A stretch of 32,000 bases of DNA from an uncultured Erysipelotrichaceae bacterium (GTDB lineage: Bacteria > Bacillota_I > Bacilli_A > Erysipelotrichales > Erysipelotrichaceae): positions 1 to 32,000 of the forward strand of contig CAYNZZ010000003.1 in NCBI GenBank assembly GCA_964401865.1, written 5' to 3'. Position numbers and translations under genes: made by a program. The notes under the pieces are model-generated. The model made no database searches. It was not told where the DNA came from and saw nothing but the letters and a program-made list of their open reading frames with translations. Positions within the stretch are counted from its first letter, which is position 1, and each line of letters starts with the position of its first letter. This document shows positions 1 to 7,256 of the stretch, piece by piece.

Positions 1-252
1 CCCTAAAGTATTAAGATAGTTACGGAGTCCTGAAGTATTGATTTAGTGATTAACAAAAAGATACACAGGCAATCTAGTCAAAAAGTTACGGAGTCCTGAA
101 GTATTGATTTAGTGATTAACTAAATCACCTTGGTTACATCCTAGAACATAGTTACGGAGTCCTGAAGTATTGATTTAGTGATTAACAAAAGATGTGCGAA
201 ATTTATACCTATTTTAGTTACGGAGTCCTGAAGTATTGATTTAGTGATTAAC
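1..252 (+). CRISPR. CRISPR array, promoter-distal (trailer) end; type II-like geometry (36-nt repeats, 30-nt spacers); continues upstream of the window
   Basis: There are four identical copies of GTTACGGAGTCCTGAAGTATTGATTTAGTGATTAAC at 19-54, 85-120, 151-186 and 217-252. Unique 30-nt spacers lie at 55-84, 121-150 and 187-216. Bases 1-18 are the 3' part of a further spacer. The strand is assigned from complementarity to the + strand tracrRNA at 1284-1317. Confidence 0.95.
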
Positions 253-337
253 TTTTTAGGAAATATTTGTGGGGCTTAATTCTGTGAATTATAGATAAAT
301 AAAAAGTATAATTCGATTGTTTTGTAAAATTTTAATA

Positions 338-1291
338 ATGAGAGCATATATTGATAACGAAAACTATATAGATATATCTATAGAGTTAAAGAAATTTAAC
401 TATATAAGAGGGTTTAATGGATCGGGTAAGACTAAATTGCTTGATTATTTTAAAAATGCCTTTGAAGCCAAAGAAAAACGATTTTTATTAGACGGCAATA
501 AAATATCAAAAGGTGATTATGATGTTTATTACGTTGGAGAACATGACGATTTAGATATTGAGAGTGTATTAGGAGCAAAGAGTTATTTAAAGCAAGATTT
601 AAAGAATTCAATTGCTTCTTTAGAAGACAGTGAAAAGGATCGAATTGAGAATTATATTAATTCATTGGTCAAACTAATTAATGATAGTATTCAAGATGTT
701 AGGATTGGCGATATATCTGTAGAAATGAATCTGAATTTAAATGATTTAATCATGAAAAACAGCATTGTTAAAAATAGTGGATACGCAGTCGATAAATTAC
801 CTAATACTATAAAAAGAACAGAATATATAAATATGATAATCAAATTAATTAAAAGATATAAAAAGCCATGTGTACTGCTTATTGATGAAGTGTTCATGAA
901 TTTATCTTTTGTTAATAGACAAAATATGATAAATAACTTATATAATGAGTTAGCTGATGAAAATGTTATTGTTATAGTAACTGGGTCTGGTAATGATATT
1001 ATGAATTTTAATTCGATTTTTGTATTTGAAAATGAAATAAAAAATTTAATCATCGATGATATGACTTTTAAAAAATTAATAGCAATTAAAGAAAAGTGTT
1101 CTATTGAGGATGTTGAAAAATATTTTTTAGATGAAGAATTAAGTGATATCAAGTTAAAAATATATAGAGAATTAAATATAATCGATAGATTTGTTAATAA
1201 AAATGGTGAATTCAATAATTTTTCTGAGTTTTATGAATATTTGATTGAAGAATATAGTATAATAAATTTGCGAAGAGATTCGCATCACTAA
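338..1291 (+). CDS. P-loop NTPase (ABC/SMC/RecF-like motif order), function unknown; located between the CRISPR array and the tracrRNA
   Basis: An uninterrupted 324-codon ORF (317-1291) in extremely AT-rich DNA, where stop codons should be frequent. Walker A is GFNGSGKT near the N-terminus. Walker B is CVLLIDE about 150 aa later, preceded by a degenerate ABC-signature-like LPNTIKR. The start is set at the first ATG (338); TAAAAT at 325-330 lies 7 nt upstream and there is no SD. TTG at 317 is the alternative start. Confidence 0.8.
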   Translation: MRAYIDNENYIDISIELKKFNYIRGFNGSGKTKLLDYFKNAFEAKEKRFLLDGNKISKGDYDVYYVGEHDDLDIESVLGAKSYLKQDLKNSIASLEDSEKDRIENYINSLVKLINDSIQDVRIGDISVEMNLNLNDLIMKNSIVKNSGYAVDKLPNTIKRTEYINMIIKLIKRYKKPCVLLIDEVFMNLSFVNRQNMINNLYNELADENVIVIVTGSGNDIMNFNSIFVFENEIKNLIIDDMTFKKLIAIKEKCSIEDVEKYFLDEELSDIKLKIYRELNIIDRFVNKNGEFNNFSEFYEYLIEEYSIINLRRDSHH

Positions 1292-1381
1292 ATCAGTACG
1301 AAATTCAGGACTTCGTATTAAGGGCCTCGAAAGAGTGACCCGTAAAAAAATAGAACAGTTATGCTGTTCTATTTTTATTTT
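1270..1381 (+). ncRNA. tracrRNA: tracrRNA (anti-repeat 1284-1317, AAGG nexus-like motif, GNRA-capped stem 1322-1341, intrinsic terminator 1349-1381)
   Basis: Hand alignment gives 30 bp of pairing. Repeat nt 3-16 pair with 1317-1304 (14 bp, one G.U). Then there is a 4-nt tracr bulge, GAAA at 1300-1303. Repeat nt 17-32 pair with 1299-1284 (16 bp, one U.G). Downstream, UUAAGGG is followed by GGGCCUC-GAAA-GAGUGACCC and then the hairpin AUAGAACAG-UUAUG-CUGUUCUAU plus UUUUUAUUUU. The 5' end is uncertain; TATAAT at 1258-1263 would place a TSS near 1270. Confidence 0.8.
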
Positions 1382-1650
1382 ATACAATTAATAGTAATTC
1401 ATTTAAGATTCCGCTGAATAGTTTCGTAATAATAAATAATCTATTTTGGAATAATTATAGCGTTTATATTTAACAGTAATAAACAAATAACAGATTGTCC
1501 TTGCTGGTCAGATGATAGATAAACTAAAAATTGGGTATATAAACGAGTTGCTAAATTAGTTGCAAATTGCAAAGACAAAGACCGTGCGAATTCAATATTT
1601 CACTCTAAAATCATTTAATTTTTATTATTGTTTCAACAAAGCTATACATA

Positions 1651-1679
1651 TAGACAATGATAGTTGAATTTGTTATAAT
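1651..1679 (+). promoter_or_regulatory. Sigma-A type promoter of the purine-riboswitch operon
   Basis: TAGACA (1651-1656), a 17-nt spacer and TATAAT (1674-1679), with a TGn extended -10 element (TG at 1671-1672). Confidence 0.65.
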
Positions 1680-1696
1680 TTTATCGGTTTTAAATT

Positions 1697-1767
1697 AGTC
1701 ATATATGGCGCTAATATGGTGCGTTAAGTTTCTACCCAACTGCCGTAAATTGTTGGACTATGATGAT
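1697..1767 (+). promoter_or_regulatory. Purine riboswitch aptamer, guanine/hypoxanthine class by discriminator C
   Basis: The sequence matches the conserved blocks of the B. subtilis xpt aptamer as I remember it: P1 CAUAUA...UAUGAUG, L2 AUAUGG, J2/3 AAGUUUCUACC, L3 CCGUAAAU. The P3 3' strand GUUGGA is followed by C (1758) and then UAUG. C at this position specifies guanine-type ligands; U specifies adenine. Confidence 0.85.
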
Positions 1768-1784
1768 ATTTTAGAAATGATTTT

Positions 1785-1819
1785 AGGCTTCTATATATCA
1801 TATATGGAAGCCTTTTATT
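1785..1819 (+). terminator. Riboswitch expression platform: intrinsic terminator (predicted OFF switch)
   Basis: A 13-bp hairpin, AGGCUUCUAUAUA-UCA-UAUAUGGAAGCCU (1785-1813), is followed by UUUAUU. It lies between the aptamer and the SD (GGGGGAA) / ATG 1834. Confidence 0.7.
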
Positions 1820-1833
1820 CTAAGGGGGAAAAG

Positions 1834-2667
1834 ATGAATAAAAAGATACCTTATTTGTTTTTGCTGCCAGGTATAGTGTTACTGCTTTTTTTCTTGATAG
1901 CGCCACTATTTTCTATACTATGGCCTACGCTATTTCCTGATGGGTTTTCATTAAGTGCTTATATTAGTTTCTTTACCGATGAGTATTATATCGAAATATT
2001 GGTCAGAACTATTAGAATTGCATTAATCGCTACTTTGATATGTGTTATCTTGGGTGTTCCAACTGCATATTTTATCTCGAGATGTAATGCAAAGTGGAAG
2101 GGACTTCTGATTGCGATTTCGATTTTCCCTATGCTTACAAATTCGGTAGTCAGATCTTTTGCTTGGATAAACATTTTAGGTAAAAACGGAGTAATTAATA
2201 AATTAGGAATGTCCTTAGGCTTAATTGAAGAACCCATTAGCATGTTATATACTGAGTTTTCAGTTTTGATTGGTACGATATATTTATTTTTGCCACTAAT
2301 TATCATGACATTGATTGGAGTTATGGATCAGATCGATAATGATATGATGGAAGCAGCTGAAAGTTTGGGTGCTAGTAAGCTTAAAGCTTTCTTAAAAGTT
2401 GTATTGCCACTTAGTATTCCTGGTATCTTGACTGGTGCAGTGCTTGTTTTTACTGGCGCTTTAACAGCTTATACAACTCCTCAATTATTGGGCGGCAATA
2501 AATCACTTGTATTAGCAACTTTGATCTATCAAAGAGCCGTTACACTTAATGATTGGACTGGAGCTAGTGTGATTGCCGCAGTAATGATTATTATTACTTT
2601 GGTTGTTATGAAAGTATTGAACTTTATTGCAGCTAGATTAGATAAGAGAGGTGAAATAGATGCGTAG
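1834..2667 (+). CDS. ABC transporter permease (PotB-like, binding-protein-dependent transport family)
   Basis: The protein is polytopic and has an EAA-like loop (MEAAESLGASKLKAFLKVVLP). The start is moved to ATG 1834 (MNKKIPYLF...) behind the SD AAGGGGGAA, because the ORF-track extension 1705-1833 overlaps the riboswitch. Confidence 0.9.
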   Translation: MNKKIPYLFLLPGIVLLLFFLIAPLFSILWPTLFPDGFSLSAYISFFTDEYYIEILVRTIRIALIATLICVILGVPTAYFISRCNAKWKGLLIAISIFPMLTNSVVRSFAWINILGKNGVINKLGMSLGLIEEPISMLYTEFSVLIGTIYLFLPLIIMTLIGVMDQIDNDMMEAAESLGASKLKAFLKVVLPLSIPGILTGAVLVFTGALTAYTTPQLLGGNKSLVLATLIYQRAVTLNDWTGASVIAAVMIIITLVVMKVLNFIAARLDKRGEIDA

Positions 2668-3442
2668 ATATAAAGGATTAACGATATTTGCGATATTAGT
2701 ATTCTCTTTCTTATTCATCCCTTTATTGATAATTGCTGTCACGGCATTTGGAAGTGAACCGACAATAACATTTCCGATTAATGGCTTTTCACTTGAATGG
2801 TTTGCAAAAGCCATCAACTCGGCATCTTTTAGAAAAGCATTTGCTCTTAGTATAGAAATAGCTTTCTTAGCAACTATATTGGCTTTGATAGTCGGGATAC
2901 CTGCTGCTTATGCGTTGAGCAGATATAGTGTTAAAGGAAGAAAACTTATTAAAAACTTCTTCTTATCGCCAACAATTGTTCCTGGGATTGTAGTTGGTTA
3001 TGCATTATTTAGAATTGTCGTTATTAAACTTAGGATACCCGTTTTCCAAGGCTTATTGCTAGGACATTTCTTGGTAGTATTACCATATATCATTAGAGTT
3101 GTGGGTGGCTCGCTTGAACAGTTTGATTATTCGGTTGAAGAAGTTGCTTGGAGCTTAGGCTGTGATAAATTTAGAGCATTCTTTAAGGTGGTTATACCTA
3201 ATATATCTAGTGGTATTATTTCTGCCTTCTTATTGGCGTTCATCAATTCTTTTAACAACATTCCGGTTTCAATGTTCTTAGGAGGTCCTGGTATTACTAC
3301 ATTACCGGCTTCATTAATGAGTTATGTTGAATATAATTACGATCCAACAGTATCAGCTGTATCTGTATTACTTATGTTAGCTACAATCGTAATTATGTTT
3401 ATTGTAGAGAAAACATTGGGTATTAGTGCCCTTGCGAAATAG
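2660..3442 (+). CDS. ABC transporter permease (PotC-like)
   Basis: A six-TM-like hydrophobic profile with an EAA-like loop (EEVAWSLGCDKFRAFFKVVIP). It overlaps the upstream permease by 8 nt. Confidence 0.9.
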   Translation: MRRYKGLTIFAILVFSFLFIPLLIIAVTAFGSEPTITFPINGFSLEWFAKAINSASFRKAFALSIEIAFLATILALIVGIPAAYALSRYSVKGRKLIKNFFLSPTIVPGIVVGYALFRIVVIKLRIPVFQGLLLGHFLVVLPYIIRVVGGSLEQFDYSVEEVAWSLGCDKFRAFFKVVIPNISSGIISAFLLAFINSFNNIPVSMFLGGPGITTLPASLMSYVEYNYDPTVSAVSVLLMLATIVIMFIVEKTLGISALAK

Positions 3443-3451
3443 GAGGTTAAT

Positions 3452-4483
3452 ATGGCGTTTGTTGATTTAAAAGATATATGTGTAAGTTATGATGGAAAAA
3501 AGAACATCTTGGAAGGTTTGAATCTTCAAATTAACGAAGGCGAACTAGTATCACTGCTAGGACCTTCTGGTTGTGGTAAAACAACCACATTGAGGGTTAT
3601 TGCAGGATATATTGATTCTAAGAGCGGAGAGTTTTTAGTTGATGGCGAAAACTATACTAAAGTTCCTGTTCATAAAAGAAATTTTGGAATTGTTTTCCAA
3701 AGCTATGCTTTATTTCCTCATTTGACTGTATATGAAAATGTTGCCTTTGGCTTGAAAATGCGTAAATTGGATAAAGAAACCATTGATAAAAAGGTTATGA
3801 ATATGTTAGATGTATGTGGTTTAAAAGAGTTCAAGGATCGTTTGCCAAAACAGATGTCTGGTGGTCAAAGACAGCGTGTTGCATTAGCTAGAGCCCTTGT
3901 AATCGAACCTAAACTACTATTATTAGATGAACCACTTAGTAATCTTGATGCAAAATTAAGAGTACAGATGCGTGTAGAAATCAAAAGATTACAGAAACAG
4001 TTGGGTATCACTACTATTTTTGTAACTCATGATCAAGAAGAATGTTTCTCAATTTCTGATCGTGTGGCCGTTATGAATGGCGGAGTAATCGAACAATACG
4101 ATACTCCTGAAAATATTTATGCTCGTCCAAATACTGAATTTGTTGCGAGATTTATCGGTTTTGAAAACTTTATTGAAGTTGAAAGAGAATCTAAAAATCA
4201 TTATAGTGCTCAAGGACATTTATTTAAAGTTAGTGATGATAGAGATGCGCAAAAGGCAAAAATTTCTATCAGACCTGATGATATAGAAATTGTTGAAAGT
4301 TCAAAGGGAGATAACTGTGTGTCAGGCACAATTCAAGTTAGAACTTTCTTGGGAAAGAGTTATCAATATGCTGTCAAATGTGATGTTGGAACATTGATAG
4401 TTAATGGTGGCAGTAACAGAGTGTATGAAACGGGCGATACAATTTGTATGCATCTGCCTTTTCATAAAATTGTTCTTGTTTAA
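3452..4483 (+). CDS. ABC transporter ATP-binding protein (PotA/MalK-like with C-terminal TOBE-like domain)
   Basis: Walker A GPSGCGKTT, signature MSGGQRQRVALARAL, Walker B LLLLDEP, H-loop VTHD. SD AGGAGG lies upstream. Confidence 0.95.
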   Translation: MAFVDLKDICVSYDGKKNILEGLNLQINEGELVSLLGPSGCGKTTTLRVIAGYIDSKSGEFLVDGENYTKVPVHKRNFGIVFQSYALFPHLTVYENVAFGLKMRKLDKETIDKKVMNMLDVCGLKEFKDRLPKQMSGGQRQRVALARALVIEPKLLLLDEPLSNLDAKLRVQMRVEIKRLQKQLGITTIFVTHDQEECFSISDRVAVMNGGVIEQYDTPENIYARPNTEFVARFIGFENFIEVERESKNHYSAQGHLFKVSDDRDAQKAKISIRPDDIEIVESSKGDNCVSGTIQVRTFLGKSYQYAVKCDVGTLIVNGGSNRVYETGDTICMHLPFHKIVLV

Positions 4484-4506
4484 ATTAAGGGAGGAAAGTT
4501 AAGAAC

Positions 4507-5565
4507 ATGAAAAAAATTATTGCGTTAATACTTTGTGCATCAATTGTATTAGCAATTAGCGGATGTTCATCAAAAGGAAACGATGAACAAACAGTAGCAG
4601 GATGTAAATTGACTGTATCTACATTCCAATTGAGTGAAGATATTGTTAATGCAGACATTATTCAACCATTTGCTGAAAAGTATGATTGTGAAATTGTTAC
4701 CGATTTAGGTAATGCAGCTGACCGTTACACTAAACTTGAAAACAATCCAGAAAGCGGAATTGATGTCATCGAATTAAATCAATCTACTGCAGCTAAAGGA
4801 TATGTTGCTGGCTTATTTGATACTATCGATCAATCAAAAGTAAGCAATCTTGATGAATTAATCGCTTCAGCAAAATCTATGCAAGAAGAAAGTGGTTATG
4901 GTCCAGCATTTGTAATTCAAAGTTGTGGTATTATCTACAATCCTGAAACAGTTGGATATGAAATTACTTCTTGGGATGACTTATGGAATGAAGATCTACA
5001 AGGTGCAATAGCTATCCCGGATATCACTACTACATTTGGACCTGCTATGGTACATATCGCTAGTGACCATGCATCACAAGATATCAAGGCCGATAATGGA
5101 GAAGCAGCTTTCAAAGCATTAGAAGAAATCAAACCTAATGTGGTTAAAACATATACAAAATCAAGTGATTTAGCTAATATGTTTGCTGCTGGTGAAATTA
5201 AGGCGGCTGTTGTAGGTGACTTCGCTGTTCCAAACATCAAAAAGGCTGATAGTAATGTAGTTTACATGGTTCCTGAAAGTGGAACATATGCCAATTTTAA
5301 CACAATCGATGTTGTTGCGAATTCTGCTAATAAAGAATGGGCATACAAATATATTGAATGGCGTATTTCTCAAGAATTGCAATCAGTTACAAGTCTTTCA
5401 TTAAATGAAGGTCCAACAAACGCAAATGTTGAATTAACTGAAGAACAAAGCGCTAATTTGACATATGGCGATGTTGCACAAAATGCTAAGACTATTGATT
5501 ATACATTCGTAAATCCATTGTTACCTGAATGGATTGATCAATGGAATCGTATCTTAAACCGTTAA
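4507..5565 (+). CDS. ABC transporter substrate-binding lipoprotein (PotD/PotF-like family); ligand unknown, possibly a purine derivative
   Basis: It has a signal peptide with lipobox LAISGC and the size and composition of a type II periplasmic binding protein. It belongs to the riboswitch-controlled operon. Confidence 0.85.
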   Translation: MKKIIALILCASIVLAISGCSSKGNDEQTVAGCKLTVSTFQLSEDIVNADIIQPFAEKYDCEIVTDLGNAADRYTKLENNPESGIDVIELNQSTAAKGYVAGLFDTIDQSKVSNLDELIASAKSMQEESGYGPAFVIQSCGIIYNPETVGYEITSWDDLWNEDLQGAIAIPDITTTFGPAMVHIASDHASQDIKADNGEAAFKALEEIKPNVVKTYTKSSDLANMFAAGEIKAAVVGDFAVPNIKKADSNVVYMVPESGTYANFNTIDVVANSANKEWAYKYIEWRISQELQSVTSLSLNEGPTNANVELTEEQSANLTYGDVAQNAKTIDYTFVNPLLPEWIDQWNRILNR

Positions 5566-5582
5566 TTTAAAAGGGGATAAAT

Positions 5583-7256
5583 ATGTCATATGATAAAATT
5601 GTCAGAAATTGTCAAGTGTTCAATAGCTTTACAAAACGCTTTGTAAAATGTGATGTGGCAATTAAAGACGGTTATTTTGTAAGAGTTGACGAAGGAATAA
5701 TTGATGATGCTACTATCATCGATGGTCACAACAGTTATATGGTTCCTGGTTTAATTGACATTCATATGCATATTGAAAGTTCAATGAGTATTCCTACTCG
5801 CTTTAGCGATGCAGTTTTGCGTCATGGAACAACGACAGTAGTTGCTGATCCGCATGAAATTGCAAATGTTTTTGGCGAAGAAGGGATACTCTTCTTTTTA
5901 TCTTTAAAAACACCATTAGATATTTTTTATGGTATTCCTTCAAGTGTTCCAGCTACTAATCCAAATTTAGAAACTACCGGAGGAATAATCGAAGTCGAAC
6001 AAGTTGAACGATTACTAAAGGAAGATAGAATTGTTTGTCTTGGTGAAGTAATGAACTTTCAAGATGTTTGTTATAAAAAAGATTCATTGAGTTACAAAAT
6101 AATTGAAACTTGCAGAAATGAACGTTTCCAAATGCCTTTAGAGGGTCATTGCCCTAAGATTTCTAAAGGACCTTTAGCCGATTTTTTAGCTAGGGGTATC
6201 AGCGCTGATCACACTCATCAAACAAAAGAAAGTGTATATGAAAAAATAACTAACGGTATGTTTTTAGAAATACAAAGAAAATCGATGAGTAAAGAAGTTA
6301 TCTCAACACTTGTTGACAATAATTTCTATGAATATTTTTGCCTAGTTACTGATGATGTAATGGCGGATAAGCTTCGTTATGGTCATTTAAATGAATTGGT
6401 TAAATTAGCTATTGAATTAGGTATGCCAAAAGAAATGGCGATATATTGTGCAACTTTCACACCAGCGAGAAGAATGCACTTAGAAAATAGGGGGGCAATA
6501 GTTCCTGGCAGAATTGCTGATTTTATATTATTGAACGATGTCGAATCTTTTGACATAAAGGAAGTATATAAAAATGGCGAATTAGTGGATAATTTGAGGG
6601 CGGTTAAAGCGGATATTCCAAATGAGTTTTTAAATAGTATTCATTGCAAAGTAGCACAAAAAAAAGATTTTGAAATCATTCTGGATGGCAAAGAAGCTCT
6701 ATGCAATATCATGGAAATAGAACCGCATTCTACTTTTACTAAACATATTCAAGAGTGGTTACCAATCGAAAACAGAATGCTTCGATACGATGGTTTGGCT
6801 TTACTGACGGTTTTTGAACGTTATGGGAAAAGCGGAAATATTGCTCATGGACTAGTGAAAAACACCATCAAGGAAAAAGGAGCTATTGCGACATCATGGG
6901 CTCATGATCACCATAATGTTTTGGTTTTGGGAAATGATGTTGATTCGATGGTTAATGCACAAAATGAATTATTATCAATTGGTGGTGGCTTTGTAGTGGC
7001 GAAAGACGGAAAAGTAATAGCGAAGTGTTCTTTAGAAATCGGTGGTATTGTATCTGAAAGAAGTATTGATGAGTTGGGAGAAGACGTAGAAAAGATAAGA
7101 AAAGCGATGCAAGATATTGGATATGAACATGACAATGAATTGATGTCGATTTCAACATTATCATTACTAGTTTCACCTGCTTTAAAAATAAGTGATAAGG
7201 GTATGGTTGACACCAGAACTCAAGAATTTGTACCTTTAGTGGAGAATATAAAGTGA
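5583..7256 (+). CDS. ade: Adenine deaminase
   Basis: At 557 aa with PGLIDIHMHIESSM and the downstream metal-ligand pattern, it matches the adenine deaminase subfamily of amidohydrolases. Confidence 0.9.
   Translation: MSYDKIVRNCQVFNSFTKRFVKCDVAIKDGYFVRVDEGIIDDATIIDGHNSYMVPGLIDIHMHIESSMSIPTRFSDAVLRHGTTTVVADPHEIANVFGEEGILFFLSLKTPLDIFYGIPSSVPATNPNLETTGGIIEVEQVERLLKEDRIVCLGEVMNFQDVCYKKDSLSYKIIETCRNERFQMPLEGHCPKISKGPLADFLARGISADHTHQTKESVYEKITNGMFLEIQRKSMSKEVISTLVDNNFYEYFCLVTDDVMADKLRYGHLNELVKLAIELGMPKEMAIYCATFTPARRMHLENRGAIVPGRIADFILLNDVESFDIKEVYKNGELVDNLRAVKADIPNEFLNSIHCKVAQKKDFEIILDGKEALCNIMEIEPHSTFTKHIQEWLPIENRMLRYDGLALLTVFERYGKSGNIAHGLVKNTIKEKGAIATSWAHDHHNVLVLGNDVDSMVNAQNELLSIGGGFVVAKDGKVIAKCSLEIGGIVSERSIDELGEDVEKIRKAMQDIGYEHDNELMSISTLSLLVSPALKISDKGMVDTRTQEFVPLVENIK

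Noticed and set aside
1-252. Reading the CRISPR array on the minus strand, with 253-316 as the leader
   Set aside because: The complementary element at 1284-1317 has its nexus-like motif, stem-loop and terminator on its 3' side only when read on the + strand. A tracrRNA needs the anti-repeat 5' of these hairpins, so both RNAs must be + sense.
277-291. Hairpin TTAATTC-TGT-GAATTA as a terminator separating the array from the ATPase gene
   Set aside because: It has only 6 A/T-rich base pairs, a 3-nt loop and no downstream U-run. It is too weak to call a terminator.
691-1387. Antisense ORFs 691-1215 (174 aa) and 1172-1387 (71 aa)
   Set aside because: These are low-complexity Ile/Phe/Leu/Ser-rich shadow frames of an AT-rich gene and of the tracrRNA/terminator. 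They have no start context or recognisable motifs.
1600-1613. TCACTCTAAAATCA as a second, degenerate anti-repeat
   Set aside because: It resembles TCACTAAATCA only over about 13 nt, needs a 2-nt insertion, and has no following hairpins. This is within chance expectation for AT-rich DNA.
1382-1650. The 270-nt non-coding gap after the tracrRNA as a hidden gene, cas remnant or further sRNA
   Set aside because: All frames are densely interrupted by stops. I found no repeat-like or hairpin-plus-U-run structure, only a loose TTGC(A)AA reiteration at 1547-1572 that I cannot interpret.
1705-1833. The N-terminal 43 codons of the track ORF 1705-2667
   Set aside because: This stretch is the purine riboswitch aptamer and terminator. 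A proper SD and ATG at 1834 start the hydrophobic permease sequence.
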